Assembly (NCBI GenBank): GCA_965221125.1
Contig: CBDCRW010000005.1
Span: forward strand, 416,001 to 480,000
Length of the DNA: 64,000 nucleotides
Direction: 5' to 3'
DNA from: Alphaproteobacteria bacterium
GTDB taxonomy: Bacteria; Pseudomonadota; Alphaproteobacteria; UBA828
The notes beneath the pieces were generated by a model. The model saw only the letters and a program-made list of their open reading frames with translations. It had not been told where the DNA came from and did no database searches. The position numbers were made by a program, and so were the translations under genes. How positions within the stretch are numbered: position 1 is the first letter of the stretch; every line of letters begins with the position of its first letter. Shown here piece after piece: positions 29,225 through 40,230 of this stretch.

Positions 29225-30702
29225 TTGCGGCATCCAGCGCGGGCGCGGCAGCAGGCGGCATCAGACCCGACGACGACAAGCTGCGCGAGGAATGCGGGGT
29301 CTTCGGCATCTTCGGGCATCCCGACGCTGCCGCCCACGCGGCACTCGGCCTGCACGCGCTGCAGCACCGGGGCCAAGAATCCGCCGGCATCGTCAGCAGC
29401 GATGGCACGCTCTTCCACTCGCACCGGGCGCTCGGCCGCGTCGGCGACATCTTCTCCTCGGGCGAGGTGATCGACGCGCTCGCGGGCCGCGCCGCCATCG
29501 GCCACAACCGCTACTCCACCCAAGGCGCGCCCGAGGTGCGCAACATCCAGCCGCTCTTCGCCGACATCGCCACCGGCGGGCTCAGCATCGCGCACAACGG
29601 CAATCTCACCAACGCGCTCTCGCTCCGCGCCGATCTCGTCGCCCACGGCTGCATCTTCCAGTCCACGTCGGACACGGAGGTCATCGTCCACCTGATCGCC
29701 ATCAGCCGGCGCGCGCACCTGGTGGAGCGCATGATCGAGGCGCTAGGCCGCGTGCGCGGCGCCTACTCGCTGGTGGCGCTCACCAGGGACTCGATGATCG
29801 GCGTGCGCGATCCCCACGGCGTGCGCCCGCTGGTGCTGGGGCAGCTCGACGGCGCGATGATCCTGGCGTCCGAGACCGTGGCCTTCGACATCATCGGCGC
29901 GAGCGTCGTGCGCGACATCGAGCCGGGCGAGATGGTCATCGTCACCGACGCAGGGGTGGAGAGCATCAAGCCCTTCCGCCCCGCCGCCAAGCGCTTCTGC
30001 ATCTTCGAGTACATCTACTTCGCGCGGCCAGACAGCGTCTCGGAAGGGATCGGCGTCTACGAGGCGAGGCGCCGCATCGGGGCCGAGCTCGCGCGCGAGG
30101 CGCCGGCGCCGGCGGACGTGGTGGTGCCGGTGCCGGATTCCGGCGTGCCGGCCGCCATTGGCTTCGCCGCCGAGGCCGGCCTCCCCTTCGAGCTCGGCAT
30201 CATCCGCAACCACTATGTCGGGCGCACCTTCATCGAGCCCACGGACCGGATCAGGCACCTCGGCGTGAAGCTCAAGCACAACGCCAACCGCCAGCTCATC
30301 GAAGGCCGGCGGGTCGTGCTCGTCGACGACAGCATCGTGCGCGGCACCACGTCGACCAAGATCGTGGAGATGGTGCGCTCGGTGGGCGCCAGCTCGGTCC
30401 ACATGCGGATCGCGAGCCCGCCCACCGCTCATTCCTGCTTCTACGGCGTCGATACGCCGGCGCGCGAGAAGCTTCTCGCCGCGCGTCACGACGTGGACGC
30501 CATGGCGCGCTCCATCGGCGTGGACAGCCTCGCCTTCCTGAGCATCGACGGCCTCTACCGGGCCATGGGCGAGCCGGGCCGGGATCCCGAGCGGCCCGCC
30601 TATTGCGACGCCTGCTTCTCCGGCGACTACCCGATCCCGCTTTCGGATCACGAGGTCGGCGAGCCGCCGTCGCAGCTCTCCCTGCTCGCGGAATCGGGAT
30701 AG
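29221..30702 (+). CDS. purF: Amidophosphoribosyltransferase
   Basis: EECGVFG, LQHRGQE, GHNRYST, CIFEYIYFARPDS, VDDSIVRGTT. Confidence 0.97.
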   Translation: MIAASSAGAAAGGIRPDDDKLREECGVFGIFGHPDAAAHAALGLHALQHRGQESAGIVSSDGTLFHSHRALGRVGDIFSSGEVIDALAGRAAIGHNRYSTQGAPEVRNIQPLFADIATGGLSIAHNGNLTNALSLRADLVAHGCIFQSTSDTEVIVHLIAISRRAHLVERMIEALGRVRGAYSLVALTRDSMIGVRDPHGVRPLVLGQLDGAMILASETVAFDIIGASVVRDIEPGEMVIVTDAGVESIKPFRPAAKRFCIFEYIYFARPDSVSEGIGVYEARRRIGAELAREAPAPADVVVPVPDSGVPAAIGFAAEAGLPFELGIIRNHYVGRTFIEPTDRIRHLGVKLKHNANRQLIEGRRVVLVDDSIVRGTTSTKIVEMVRSVGASSVHMRIASPPTAHSCFYGVDTPAREKLLAARHDVDAMARSIGVDSLAFLSIDGLYRAMGEPGRDPERPAYCDACFSGDYPIPLSDHEVGEPPSQLSLLAESG

Positions 30703-30710
30703 CCGCTGCC

Positions 30711-31424
30711 GTGACGGCGCCGCGTCTCGAAGGCCGGATCGCGCTCGTCACCGGCGCCTCGCGCGGCATCGGCGCGGCCGTCGCCCGCCGCTTCGCGGCC
30801 GAGGGTGCGCGGCTCGTCCTCGTGGCCCGCACCAGCGGCGGCCTGGAGGAGGTCGACGACGCCGTCCAGCGCGCATCGGGAGAGCCCGCGACGCTCGTGC
30901 CCATGGACCTCCGCGACGGCGAGAAGATCGACCGTCTGGGCGCTGCGCTCGCCGAGCGTTTCGGCCGCCTCGACATCCTCGTCGCCAACGCAGGCGTCCT
31001 GGGCCAGCTGAGCCCGGTCGGCCATTACGCGCCGGACGACTGGGAGGCGACGCTCGCGCTCAACCTCGGCGCGAACTGGCGCCTGATCCGGAGCCTCGAC
31101 CCCCTGCTGCGCGCCTCGCCTGCGGGCCGAGCGATCTTCGTCACCGCCGCCGCAGCGCAGGACTCGCCCGCCTTCTGGGGCCCCTATGCTGCGAGCAAGG
31201 CGGGGCTCGAGGCGCTGGTGCGCTGCTATGCGGCGGAGGTCCGGCGCAGCCCGCTCCGCGTCAACCTGCTCGAGCCCGGCCCGGTGGCGACCGAGCTCCG
31301 CCGCCGCGCCTATCCCGGCGAGGACGCGAGCAAACTGCCCCAGCCGGACGCGGTGACCGAGCCCTTCGTCGCCCTCGCCGAAGCCGCCTGCACCGAGCAC
31401 GGCGCGCGCATCGGCCCGCCCTGA
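30711..31424 (+). CDS. Short-chain dehydrogenase/reductase (YciK-like)
   Basis: VTGASRGIG, LVANAG, YAASK; conserved position after purF. Confidence 0.9.
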   Translation: MTAPRLEGRIALVTGASRGIGAAVARRFAAEGARLVLVARTSGGLEEVDDAVQRASGEPATLVPMDLRDGEKIDRLGAALAERFGRLDILVANAGVLGQLSPVGHYAPDDWEATLALNLGANWRLIRSLDPLLRASPAGRAIFVTAAAAQDSPAFWGPYAASKAGLEALVRCYAAEVRRSPLRVNLLEPGPVATELRRRAYPGEDASKLPQPDAVTEPFVALAEAACTEHGARIGPP

Positions 31425-31464
31425 CCCCGCGTCTGCCCGAGCGAGAACAACGGAGCATCGAGCC

Positions 31465-32412
31465 ATGAAGATCGGAATCGTCGGCGCCGGCGCCATGGGC
31501 TGCGTCTACGCGGCGCTCATGGCCGATGCCGGCAACGAGGTCTGGGCCATCGACACCTGGCAGGCCCACGTCGATGCCATCGCGGCCAACGGCCTCCGGC
31601 TCGAGGGCGCGAGCGGCGAGCGCACGGTGCGGATCGGCGCGACCACCGACCCCGCCGCGGTCGGCCCCTGCGATCTCGTCATCATCGCGACCAAGGCCGC
31701 GCAGGTGGAGGCTGCGGCGAGCGGCGCACGCGCCCTGCTCGACCCCGAGACGCCGGTTCTCACCATCCAGAACGGCCTCGGCAGCGCCGCGAAGGTGGCC
31801 CGCGTCCTGGGCGAGCGGCGCGTGACCATCGGCGTGGTCGGCGGCTTCGGCGCCTCGATCAAGGCGCCGGGCCACGCCCACCACAACGGCATGGAGCTGG
31901 TGCGCCTCGGCGAGGCGAACGGCGCGGTGACGCCGCGGCTGGAGCGCATCGCCGCGCTCTGGCGTGACTCGGGCTTCACCGTCAAGTGTTTCGACGACAT
32001 CGACCAGCTGGTCTGGGAGAAGCTCATCTGCAACGTCTGCTACAGCGGCACGGCGACGCTCACGGGGCTCACCGTCGGCGAGATCATGGCGGATGCCGAC
32101 GCCTGGTCCATCGCCTCCGGCTGCGCCGCCGAAGCCTACCGCGTCGCCCGCGCCAAGGGCATCCGCCTCGATTTCGAGGACCCCGTGGCCTACGTGCGGG
32201 ACTTCGGCGCCAAGATCCCGGGCGCCCGCCCGTCCATGCTGCTCGACCACCTCGCCGGCCGCCGCTCGGAGATCGACGCGATCAACGGCGCGATCCCGCC
32301 CGAGGCTCTGGCGCTCGGCCTGGAAGCGCCCTACAACACGCTCGTCTCGGCACTGGTCCGGGCCAGGGAGACGGCCTTCGAGGCGGCGCAACAGCAGCGG
32401 GAGCAACAATGA
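31465..32412 (+). CDS. Ketopantoate reductase family protein (PanE/ApbA)
   Basis: IVGAGAMG, TIQNGLG, WEKLICN, SMLLD...RSEIDAING. Confidence 0.88.
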   Translation: MKIGIVGAGAMGCVYAALMADAGNEVWAIDTWQAHVDAIAANGLRLEGASGERTVRIGATTDPAAVGPCDLVIIATKAAQVEAAASGARALLDPETPVLTIQNGLGSAAKVARVLGERRVTIGVVGGFGASIKAPGHAHHNGMELVRLGEANGAVTPRLERIAALWRDSGFTVKCFDDIDQLVWEKLICNVCYSGTATLTGLTVGEIMADADAWSIASGCAAEAYRVARAKGIRLDFEDPVAYVRDFGAKIPGARPSMLLDHLAGRRSEIDAINGAIPPEALALGLEAPYNTLVSALVRARETAFEAAQQQREQQ

Positions 32413-33095
32413 CCGACTCCGATCTCAAGGAGCTGATCGAAGGCTACCGCCGGCTCTCCACCGCCAACGTCTCGGACGGCCTCGACCGGGCCGGGATCGC
32501 CGGCGCGCCGCACGGCATCGGCCCGCTGTGGGACAGCTGCCGCAAGATCGTGGGCCCCGCCGCGACGCTGAAGCTGGTGCCGGTGGGCGAGGCGGACGAA
32601 TCCCCCGTGCTCGGCACGCTGGAGGCGGTCAAGCGGGGCAATCCCGGCGACGTGCTGGTGATCGACCAGGGCGGGCGGATGGACGTGAACAGCTACGGCG
32701 GCGTGGCCGGCTTCACGACGCGGCACTTCGGCCTCGTCGGCACCGTGATCGACGGCGTCACCCGCGACATCGACGAGTACAAGGAGCTCAACCTCCCGGT
32801 CTACGGCCGGGGCTTCATTCAGCAGTCGATCCGCAACCGCTGCGCCTGCGCCGGCTACGGCATCCCCGTGGCGCTCGGCGGCGTGACGGTGGCCCCCGGC
32901 GACATCATCGTCGCCGACGAGAACGGCGTCTGCGTCGTCCCCCGCGCCAGGGCGGCCGAGGTGCTGGGGCACGCCACCCTCTTCAAGAACATCGAGGAAG
33001 GCATCATCGAGGCGGTGCGCCAGGGCGTCGACCCGGTCGAGGCCCATGACCGGGTGCGCTACGACATGATGACCAGGGCAGGCGCCGGCGCATGA
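32409..33095 (+). CDS. RraA-family protein (HMG/CHA aldolase-like)
   Basis: STANVSDGLD, IVGPAATL, GDVLVID, VIDGVTRD, VAPGDIIVADENGV; ATGA overlaps on both sides. Confidence 0.85.
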   Translation: MTDSDLKELIEGYRRLSTANVSDGLDRAGIAGAPHGIGPLWDSCRKIVGPAATLKLVPVGEADESPVLGTLEAVKRGNPGDVLVIDQGGRMDVNSYGGVAGFTTRHFGLVGTVIDGVTRDIDEYKELNLPVYGRGFIQQSIRNRCACAGYGIPVALGGVTVAPGDIIVADENGVCVVPRARAAEVLGHATLFKNIEEGIIEAVRQGVDPVEAHDRVRYDMMTRAGAGA

Positions 33096-34195
33096 GGGTC
33101 GACGGCCAGCCCTACCGCAGCATCTGGCTGGACGAGGACGGCCGCACGGTCGTCGTCATCGACCAGACGCGGCTCCCCCACAGCTTCGCGATCCGCAAGC
33201 TCCACACGGTCGAGGATGCGGCGGACGCCATCAGGATCATGGTGGTCCGCGGCGCCCCGCTGATCGGCGCCACTGCGGCTTACGGCCTGGCGCTGGCGCT
33301 GGCCCGCGACCCGAGCGATGCGAACCTGGAGAGCGCCATCGCGCTCCTCGCCGCGACCCGGCCGACGGCGGTCAACCTGCGCTGGGCGCTGGAGGATCTC
33401 GGCCACAGGCTCCGCCCCCTGGCCGCCGAGGATCGCGCCGCCGCCGCCTACAGCCGCGCCGGCGAGATCTGCGACGAGGACGTCGCCATCAACCGCGCCA
33501 TCGGGGAGAACGGGCTCGCCTTGATCGAGCAGGCGGCCAAGGGCAAGACGGGCCCGGTCAACGTGCTGACCCACTGCAACGCCGGCTGGCTTGCCGCGGT
33601 CGACTGGGGCACGGCGCTGGCACCCCTCTACATGGCCCACGACAAGGGCATCCCGATCCATGTCTGGGTCGACGAAACCAGGCCGCGCAACCAGGGCGCC
33701 GCGCTCACCGCGTGGGAGCTTGCCCGCCACGGCGTGCCGCATACCGTGATCGTGGACAACGCGGGCGGCCACCTGATGCAGCGCGGCATGGTCGACCTCT
33801 GCATCACCGGCACCGACCGCACGACCGCCCACGGCGACGTCTGCAACAAGATCGGCACGTACTTGAAGGCGCTCGCCGCCAGCGACAACGACATCCCGTT
33901 CTACGTGGCCCTCCCCCATCCCACCATCGACTGGTCATTGGCCGACGGGGCGGAGACCCCCATCGAGCAGCGGGACGAGGACGAGGTGCTGACCATCACC
34001 GGCCGCGACGAGGCCGGGCAGGAGACCAAGGTGGCGCTCACGCCCGCCGGCAGCCGTGCCGCCAACTACGCCTTCGACGTGACGCCGGCGCGGCTCGTCA
34101 CCGCGCTCATCACCGACCGCGGCGTGTGCGAAGCCTCCGAAGAAGGGCTGCAGACCCTGTTTGCCGACCGCGCCGCCGAGGCGCCCTCGTCATAA
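33092..34195 (+). CDS. mtnA: S-methyl-5-thioribose-1-phosphate isomerase
   Basis: IDQTRLP, MVVRGAPLIG, RPTAVNL, LTHCNAGWLA, VDETRPRNQGA, NKIGTY, NYAFDVTP. Confidence 0.95.
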   Translation: MRVDGQPYRSIWLDEDGRTVVVIDQTRLPHSFAIRKLHTVEDAADAIRIMVVRGAPLIGATAAYGLALALARDPSDANLESAIALLAATRPTAVNLRWALEDLGHRLRPLAAEDRAAAAYSRAGEICDEDVAINRAIGENGLALIEQAAKGKTGPVNVLTHCNAGWLAAVDWGTALAPLYMAHDKGIPIHVWVDETRPRNQGAALTAWELARHGVPHTVIVDNAGGHLMQRGMVDLCITGTDRTTAHGDVCNKIGTYLKALAASDNDIPFYVALPHPTIDWSLADGAETPIEQRDEDEVLTITGRDEAGQETKVALTPAGSRAANYAFDVTPARLVTALITDRGVCEASEEGLQTLFADRAAEAPSS

Positions 34196-35128
34196 CGCCA
34201 CAGGCTGCGCCGGCGAGAGCTCGCCGAGGCGCGCCTCGATCTCGGCTGCCGACGGCATCGCCGGCGCCGCCCCCTCGACCAGACAGGCGAGGCCGCCGAT
34301 GACGCTCGCCCGCCGCAGCATCGCGGGCAGCGGCGCCCCCTCCGCAAGCCCGAGGGCCAGGCCCGCGACGAAGGCGTCGCCTGCGCCGACCGTGTCCACG
34401 GGCTCGATCGCGAGCGCGCCGCAGCGCCAGGCCTCACCGGCTGCGAAGGCGGCGGCGCCGGCGCTGCCCAGGCTCACCACCGTGGTCACGCCGAAGCGGG
34501 CGGCGATGGCGCGGCCGGCCTCCTCGCCCGATACCGCGCCCAGCCCCTGCGCGCCGGCCAGCATCCCGGCCTCGATCTCGTTCAGCACGATGAGATCGAA
34601 CGAGGGCAGCACCTCGGCCGGCGCCGGCTTGGCAGGCGCCAGGTTGAGCACGACGCGCGCACCCCGCGCCTTGGCCCGGCGCGCGACCGCCCAGTTGGAC
34701 TCGAGCGGCACCTCCATCTGCAGCAGGAGCACCGTCTCCGGCCCGAGCCAGTCGTCGGGCAGCGCCTCCGGCGCCAGGTCCGTGTTGGCGCCGCTCGCCA
34801 CGGTGATCTGGTTCTCGCCCGCGCGGTCCACGATCACCGCGGCGCAGCCGGTGGGGAGCGCGCTCTCCGTGACCGCTTCGGTGCCCACGCCCGCGTCCTT
34901 CAGGGCCTGCAACGCGAGCGGGGCGAAGCCGTCGGGGCCGACACGGCCCACCATCTGCACCGATGAGGCCGGGTCCGTGTTGGCCCGGGCTGCGGCGACC
35001 GCCTGATTGAGGCCCTTGCCGCCGGCGACCGCCTGATGGCCGGGGCAGAGCACGGTCTCGCCCGCGCGCGGCAGGGCATCCACGCTGAATACGAGATCGG
35101 CGTTCATCGAGCCGAAGACGACGATCAT
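34190..35128 (-). CDS. rbsK: Ribokinase (PfkB family)
   Basis: VFGSMNADL, GGKGLNQAVAAAR, GENQI, LLQMEV, VDTVGAGDAF. Confidence 0.88.
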   Translation of the reverse strand: MIVVFGSMNADLVFSVDALPRAGETVLCPGHQAVAGGKGLNQAVAAARANTDPASSVQMVGRVGPDGFAPLALQALKDAGVGTEAVTESALPTGCAAVIVDRAGENQITVASGANTDLAPEALPDDWLGPETVLLLQMEVPLESNWAVARRAKARGARVVLNLAPAKPAPAEVLPSFDLIVLNEIEAGMLAGAQGLGAVSGEEAGRAIAARFGVTTVVSLGSAGAAAFAAGEAWRCGALAIEPVDTVGAGDAFVAGLALGLAEGAPLPAMLRRASVIGGLACLVEGAAPAMPSAAEIEARLGELSPAQPVAL

Positions 35129-35141
35129 CGCAGCCTCCACC

Positions 35142-35289
35142 TGGAGCGCGTCCGACTTTGTCGGAAGCGCGACAGGCCGCGACAGCGGCCCGCCGCGTAT
35201 GCGGCGCGCTCGCGCAGGCGTTGGCCGTAGGCCAACTGCCGTGAGCGATAAAGGCATAGAGCGTTTCCGTGCAAAACGGAAACGCTCTA
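35142..35289 (+). repeat. Dispersed palindromic repeat family A, full copy ending in the purH stop
   Basis: Family A termini; its terminal cta is the purH TAG on the minus strand. Confidence 0.92.
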
Positions 35290-36876
35290 GTGCCGGAAGT
35301 GACGGATGCCGGTGAAGACCATGGCGAGGCCCTGCTCGTCGGCCGCGGCGATGACCTCCGCGTCCCGCTTCGACCCGCCCGGCTGGATCACTGCGGTGGC
35401 CCCGGCCGCGGCGGCGGCCAGGAGCCCGTCGGCGAAGGGAAAGAACGCGTCGGACGCCACCACGCAGCCCTCCGCGCGCGAGCGTTCCTCCCCGGCGGCG
35501 GCGGACGCGTCGGCGGCCTTCTGCGCCGCGATCCTGGACGAGTCGACCCGGCTCATCTGGCCCGCGCCGATGCCGACCGTGGCGCCGTCCTTCGCGTAGA
35601 CGATGGCGTTTGACTTCACGTGCTTGGCCACGGTGAAGGCGAACAGGAGGTCCGCGCGCTCCTGCTCCGTCGGCGGGCGCCTGGTCACGGTCTCGAGCGC
35701 GTCCGCCGTCACCCTTGCCGCGTCCTGCGTCTGCACCAGGAATCCGTCCTCCAGCGTGCGGACCACGAGCCGTTCCGTGCCCGCGTCACCGATCGCGCCG
35801 GTGAGCAGGAGACGCAGGTCGCCCTTCGCGGCGAGCGCGGCGCGGGCCTCCTCGTCCGCCTCGGGCGCCACCACGACCTCGGTGAAGAGACCCGCGATGG
35901 CCCGCGCGGTGGCACCGTCGAGCGGGCGGTTGGCCGCGACCACGCCGCCGAAGGCGCTTACCGGATCGCAGGCCCGTGCCTTCTCGTAAGCCCCGGCGAG
36001 GGTGCCGCCCAGGCCCACGCCGCAGGGATTGCCGTGCTTGATGATGGCGATGGCGGGCGGGCCGAACTCGCGCACCAGCCCGTGGGCCGCATCGGCGTCC
36101 GCCAGGTTGTTGTAGCTCGGCTCCTTGCCCTGGATCAGCGCGGCCTGCGCCACGCCGGGGGCCGCCGTGGGATCGACGTAGAGAGCCGCGACCTGATGCG
36201 GGTTCTCCCCGTAGCGCAGGACCTGGCGGCGGGCGCCACCGAAGGCGAAGCGGGCAGGCAGGCGGCTCTCGCCCCCGTCGGCACCGAGACGGCGGGCGAT
36301 GGCGGCGTCGTAGGCGGCGGTGCGCGCGAACGCCGTCGCCGCGAGCCGGCGGCGGAGCGCGAGGCTGGTGGCGCCGCCCAGCGCCTCCATGTCGTCGATC
36401 ACGACCTGGTAGTCGCAAGGCTGCACCACCACGGTCACGTCCTCGTGGTTCTTGGCCGCGGCCCGGATCATGGCGGGCCCGCCGATGTCGATGGTCTCGA
36501 TGCAGGTGTCGAGCGCGGCACCCTCCCGCACCGCCTCCTCGAAGGGGTAGAGGTTGACCGCGACCAGGTCGATCCCGGCGATTCCGTGTTCTTCCATCGC
36601 CGCGCGGTGGTCGGCGTCGTCTCTCCGGCCGAGAATCCCGCCGTGGATCGCCGGATGCAGGGTCTTCACCCGGCCGTCCATGATCTCGGGGAAGCCCGTG
36701 TGGTCGGAGACATCGGTGACCGCGACGCCGGCATCGCGGAGCGCCCGCGCGGTGCCGCCGGTCGACAGGATCGCGACGCCCCGCCGTGCCAGCGCCGATG
36801 CGAACGCCGCGAGACCTGTCTTGTCCGACACCGAGATGAGCGCGCGTGCAATGGGCCGGCCTTGGCTGTCGGGCAT
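35287..36876 (-). CDS. purH: Bifunctional AICAR transformylase / IMP cyclohydrolase
   Basis: [64 protein letters not shown]. Confidence 0.97.
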   Translation of the reverse strand: MPDSQGRPIARALISVSDKTGLAAFASALARRGVAILSTGGTARALRDAGVAVTDVSDHTGFPEIMDGRVKTLHPAIHGGILGRRDDADHRAAMEEHGIAGIDLVAVNLYPFEEAVREGAALDTCIETIDIGGPAMIRAAAKNHEDVTVVVQPCDYQVVIDDMEALGGATSLALRRRLAATAFARTAAYDAAIARRLGADGGESRLPARFAFGGARRQVLRYGENPHQVAALYVDPTAAPGVAQAALIQGKEPSYNNLADADAAHGLVREFGPPAIAIIKHGNPCGVGLGGTLAGAYEKARACDPVSAFGGVVAANRPLDGATARAIAGLFTEVVVAPEADEEARAALAAKGDLRLLLTGAIGDAGTERLVVRTLEDGFLVQTQDAARVTADALETVTRRPPTEQERADLLFAFTVAKHVKSNAIVYAKDGATVGIGAGQMSRVDSSRIAAQKAADASAAAGEERSRAEGCVVASDAFFPFADGLLAAAAAGATAVIQPGGSKRDAEVIAAADEQGLAMVFTGIRHFRH

Positions 36877-36901
36877 CGGGCTACTCCGTGGTCCGGCGCC
36901 G

Positions 36902-38851
36902 TCAGCGCCCAAGCGCCATTCCGGTGTCCGCCGGGGCGGCGGAAAGAGCCGCGTCGCTCGGCTGGTATTCCGGCACCATCGCCGCCAGCAGCGCCAGCGC
37001 GTCCTCCGTGCGCCGGTCCTGCGCGGCGGTCGCGAGCTGCTCGAGCCGGCGGCGCATGAGCGCGAAGTCGGCGGTGCGCGACCGCGCCCTCAGGATACCC
37101 GGCGTCTCGGTCGCGATCATCGGCTCGGCCGGGTGGAACAGGCTCTCGTCCTTCTTCTCGCCGGGGCGCAGTCCGGTGAACACGATCTCGATGTCCTCGC
37201 CGGGCCTGCGCCCGGCGAGGCGGATCATCTGCCGTGCGAGATCGACGATCTTGATGGGCTTGCCCATGTCGAGCACGTAGATGCCGCCGCCCTCTTCCCC
37301 TGCACCGAGCGCCGAGGCCTGAAGCACGAGCTGCACCGCCTCCCGCGTCGTCATGAAATGGCGCGCGACGTCGGGGTCACTCACGGTCACCGGCCCGCCG
37401 TCGGCGATCTGGCGCTGGAAGAGCGGCACCACCGAGCCCGAGGAGCCGATCACGTTGCCGAAACGCACCGTCACCAGCCGCAGTCCGCCCGCCGCCGGCG
37501 AGTCCGCGAGCGCCTGGCAGTAGCTCTCCGCAATGCGCTTGGTCGCCCCCATGACGCTCGCCGGGTTGACCGCCTTGTCGGTCGAGACCAGGATCATGGT
37601 CCGCGTGCCGGCCGCGACGCAGGCATCGGCGACGTTGCGTGTGCCCACGGCATTGGTGAGCACGCCCTCGTTGGGGTTGGTCTCGACCATGTGCACGTGC
37701 TTGAGCGCCGCCGCATGGAATACCAGCTCCGGCTCCGCGCGGGCGAAGGTCGAGGCGAGGCCGCCGGGGTCGCGCACGTCGCCGAGCACCACGCTCCGCG
37801 AAAGGCCCGGATGCGCCCCCTGCAGCTCCTGATCGATCCGGTAGAGGTTGTACTCGCCGTTGTCGATGAGGGTGAGGTGCGCCGGGCCGTCGTCGGCGAT
37901 CTGCCGTGCAAGCTCGGCCCCGATGGTGCCGCCCGCGCCGGTGATGCACACCCGCCGGCCGTTGACCAGGGCACGCATGGCCGCACGGTCGGGCGCTGCC
38001 TGCGGGCGGCCGAGCAGGTCTTCGAGGCGGATCGGCCGCACGTCGATGTCGGGTTCGTCACCGGGGCGGAAATCGGTCAGCGCCGGCAGGCGGGAGAGCG
38101 GCAGCCCGACCGCCTCGCAGTCCGCGAGCAAGGCGCGCAGGCGGTCCGGATCCGGGCTGGATTCCGTGAGCACCGCGCGCTGCGGCCCCGCCCCGCGGGC
38201 GCGGAGCCCGCGCACGATCTCCGGCAGCTCGGCCGTCGTCCCGAGAATCCGGATGCCGTGGATGTGACGCTTCGCCTGGCGCGCGTCGTCGTCGACGATG
38301 CCGACGACGCGGTAGTTCGACGACGAGCCCCGCGTTGCGGCGCTGATGAAGAGCTCGGCATTGTCGCCGACGCCTAACAGCAGCACCGGCACGCGCTGCG
38401 CGGCGCTGCCGCCCCGCCGCAGCACGCCGGCAAGACTGCCGTCCAGCACCGCCCGGTAGATGACGCGTGGCCCGACCAGGAGCGCGATCAGGATGAACCA
38501 GTTGATGAGGAAGGCCGAGCGGGGATAGCCCTCCAGCCGCGTCAGCGCGAAGAGGATCGGCACGAAGATCAGCACCGCAAGGCTCACGGCCTGCACGACC
38601 CCCACGACGTCGCGCAGCGCCGTGTAGCGCCAGACCCCGCGGTAGATGCGCATGCGCCAGAAGACGAGCGCCGAGACCGCCGCGAAGAGCAGCATCCCCT
38701 CGACGATGAAGCCGCTCGAGAGCTCCCAGAACGAGCCGAACCCGTAGCGGAGAAGCAGCGCAAGCGCGAACGACGCGCCCGCCATGGCGACGTCGTGGGC
38801 CGCCACCAGATGCGTGCGGCGGACGATCAAGCCTCTCCCGATGCGCCGCAT
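36902..38851 (-). CDS. Membrane-bound NDP-sugar 4,6-dehydratase (CapD/PglF/WbpM family)
   Basis: N-terminal transmembrane segments; [47 protein letters not shown]. Confidence 0.93.
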   Translation of the reverse strand: MRRIGRGLIVRRTHLVAAHDVAMAGASFALALLLRYGFGSFWELSSGFIVEGMLLFAAVSALVFWRMRIYRGVWRYTALRDVVGVVQAVSLAVLIFVPILFALTRLEGYPRSAFLINWFILIALLVGPRVIYRAVLDGSLAGVLRRGGSAAQRVPVLLLGVGDNAELFISAATRGSSSNYRVVGIVDDDARQAKRHIHGIRILGTTAELPEIVRGLRARGAGPQRAVLTESSPDPDRLRALLADCEAVGLPLSRLPALTDFRPGDEPDIDVRPIRLEDLLGRPQAAPDRAAMRALVNGRRVCITGAGGTIGAELARQIADDGPAHLTLIDNGEYNLYRIDQELQGAHPGLSRSVVLGDVRDPGGLASTFARAEPELVFHAAALKHVHMVETNPNEGVLTNAVGTRNVADACVAAGTRTMILVSTDKAVNPASVMGATKRIAESYCQALADSPAAGGLRLVTVRFGNVIGSSGSVVPLFQRQIADGGPVTVSDPDVARHFMTTREAVQLVLQASALGAGEEGGGIYVLDMGKPIKIVDLARQMIRLAGRRPGEDIEIVFTGLRPGEKKDESLFHPAEPMIATETPGILRARSRTADFALMRRRLEQLATAAQDRRTEDALALLAAMVPEYQPSDAALSAAPADTGMALGR

Positions 38852-38852
38852 G

Positions 38853-39899
38853 TCAACCCTGTTCCGACGCGCCGCATGATGCCCGAGCGGCAGCGTGAAG
38901 ATACCACAGGAGCGCGGCGACGAGCACCGCGCCTGCCGCGAGCGCCGCACCCGCCGCGACGGGGCCCTGCTGCGCGGCGAGCGCCAGCCCCACCAGCAGC
39001 AGATTGTGGCCGGCGATCAGCGCGGCCGTGCGGCCGTGGCTCCAGCCCGCCGCGACGACGCGCTGATAGAAGTGCTCGCGGTGCGCCTGCCATATCCGGC
39101 GGCCGCGCAGGAGCCGGCGAAACAGCGTGAACGTCGCATCCGCGAGATAGTAGGCCGGCAGCAGCAGCGCCGCCTGCCACGCGCCCGCTGCGGCGAGCGC
39201 GAGCAGGAGCCACCCCGCCAGGTAGCCGAGCGGAACGCTGCCGACGTCGCCGAGAAAGATCCTGGCGGGATTCCAATTCCAGAGGAGAAATCCGAGCGAG
39301 ACCCCGGCGAGAGTCAGCCCGAGCGGCCCGAGCCCCGCCGGCACCATGCCGAGCAGGGCCAGCAAGAAGGCGCCGAGACCCAAGCTCGCGCCCTCGACGC
39401 CGCTGATCCCGTCGATCCCGTCCATGAAGTTGAAGAGGTTCACGAACCAGAGCCACGCGGCAGCGGCCAGCGCGTGATCCACGAGGGCTGGAACCGCGCC
39501 CTGGAAGAGGAGGCCCTCGCCGGGGAGAGACGCGATTCCGGCGCCGACCGCGGCGATCTGGGCCAGGAAGCGCAGCAGGGCCGAGAGGCCGCCCCGCACA
39601 TCGTCGAGCCAGGACACCGCGGCGAGCCCCAGCCCGCCCGCGAGAGCGACCCAGAAGAGCGACCCGCAGTCTTCGCAGGCATCCCACAGCCACAGCGCGA
39701 GCCAGGCCGTGAGCAGGACGCCCACGACAGCGATGCCGCCGCCGCGGGGCACCGCGCGGATGTGGCTCGAGCGCTCGTTGGGGCGGTCCATGACGCCGTG
39801 GCGCTGCAGCGCGGCCCGCACGAGGCCAGTCAGCGCCGCCGCACCCGCGAAGCTCGCCCCGCCGGCGGCGAGAGAGGCCGCGAGGCTCACCGCGCCCAA
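38853..39899 (-). CDS. MraY/WecA/WbpL-family polyprenyl-phosphate sugar-1-phosphate transferase
   Basis: DRPNERSSH, PRGGG, SWLDD, NLFNFMDGIDG, IFLGDVGS, AHREHFYQR. Confidence 0.92.
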   Translation of the reverse strand: MGAVSLAASLAAGGASFAGAAALTGLVRAALQRHGVMDRPNERSSHIRAVPRGGGIAVVGVLLTAWLALWLWDACEDCGSLFWVALAGGLGLAAVSWLDDVRGGLSALLRFLAQIAAVGAGIASLPGEGLLFQGAVPALVDHALAAAAWLWFVNLFNFMDGIDGISGVEGASLGLGAFLLALLGMVPAGLGPLGLTLAGVSLGFLLWNWNPARIFLGDVGSVPLGYLAGWLLLALAAAGAWQAALLLPAYYLADATFTLFRRLLRGRRIWQAHREHFYQRVVAAGWSHGRTAALIAGHNLLLVGLALAAQQGPVAAGAALAAGAVLVAALLWYLHAAARASCGASEQG

Positions 39900-40230
39900 T
39901 GGGATGCTGCTTGCGGGGGCTCCCTGCCATCACTCATGCCATATGCCCCTGCGTTCCGCCGCATGGCGCTCCAATTGCACCCTGTGTTGCGCGGCGCTCC
40001 ACGCTCCCGCTCTGGCACCCGAGTTCCTTTCGCCCATAGCGGAATTCAGCGTAATTTCCGACGATTGTGAACGTCGAAGGATCATGTCCGATCCGCCATG
40101 GCGTGCAAACGCGATCGAGCGTGGCGGTCGTGCGTGCGATATGACATACTGACACCGAAATTGAGGAGGCTGTCCGGTACGACCCGTAGAATGCTCGCAT
40201 CGAGAACGTGCCAGTGAGAATCACCAACTG

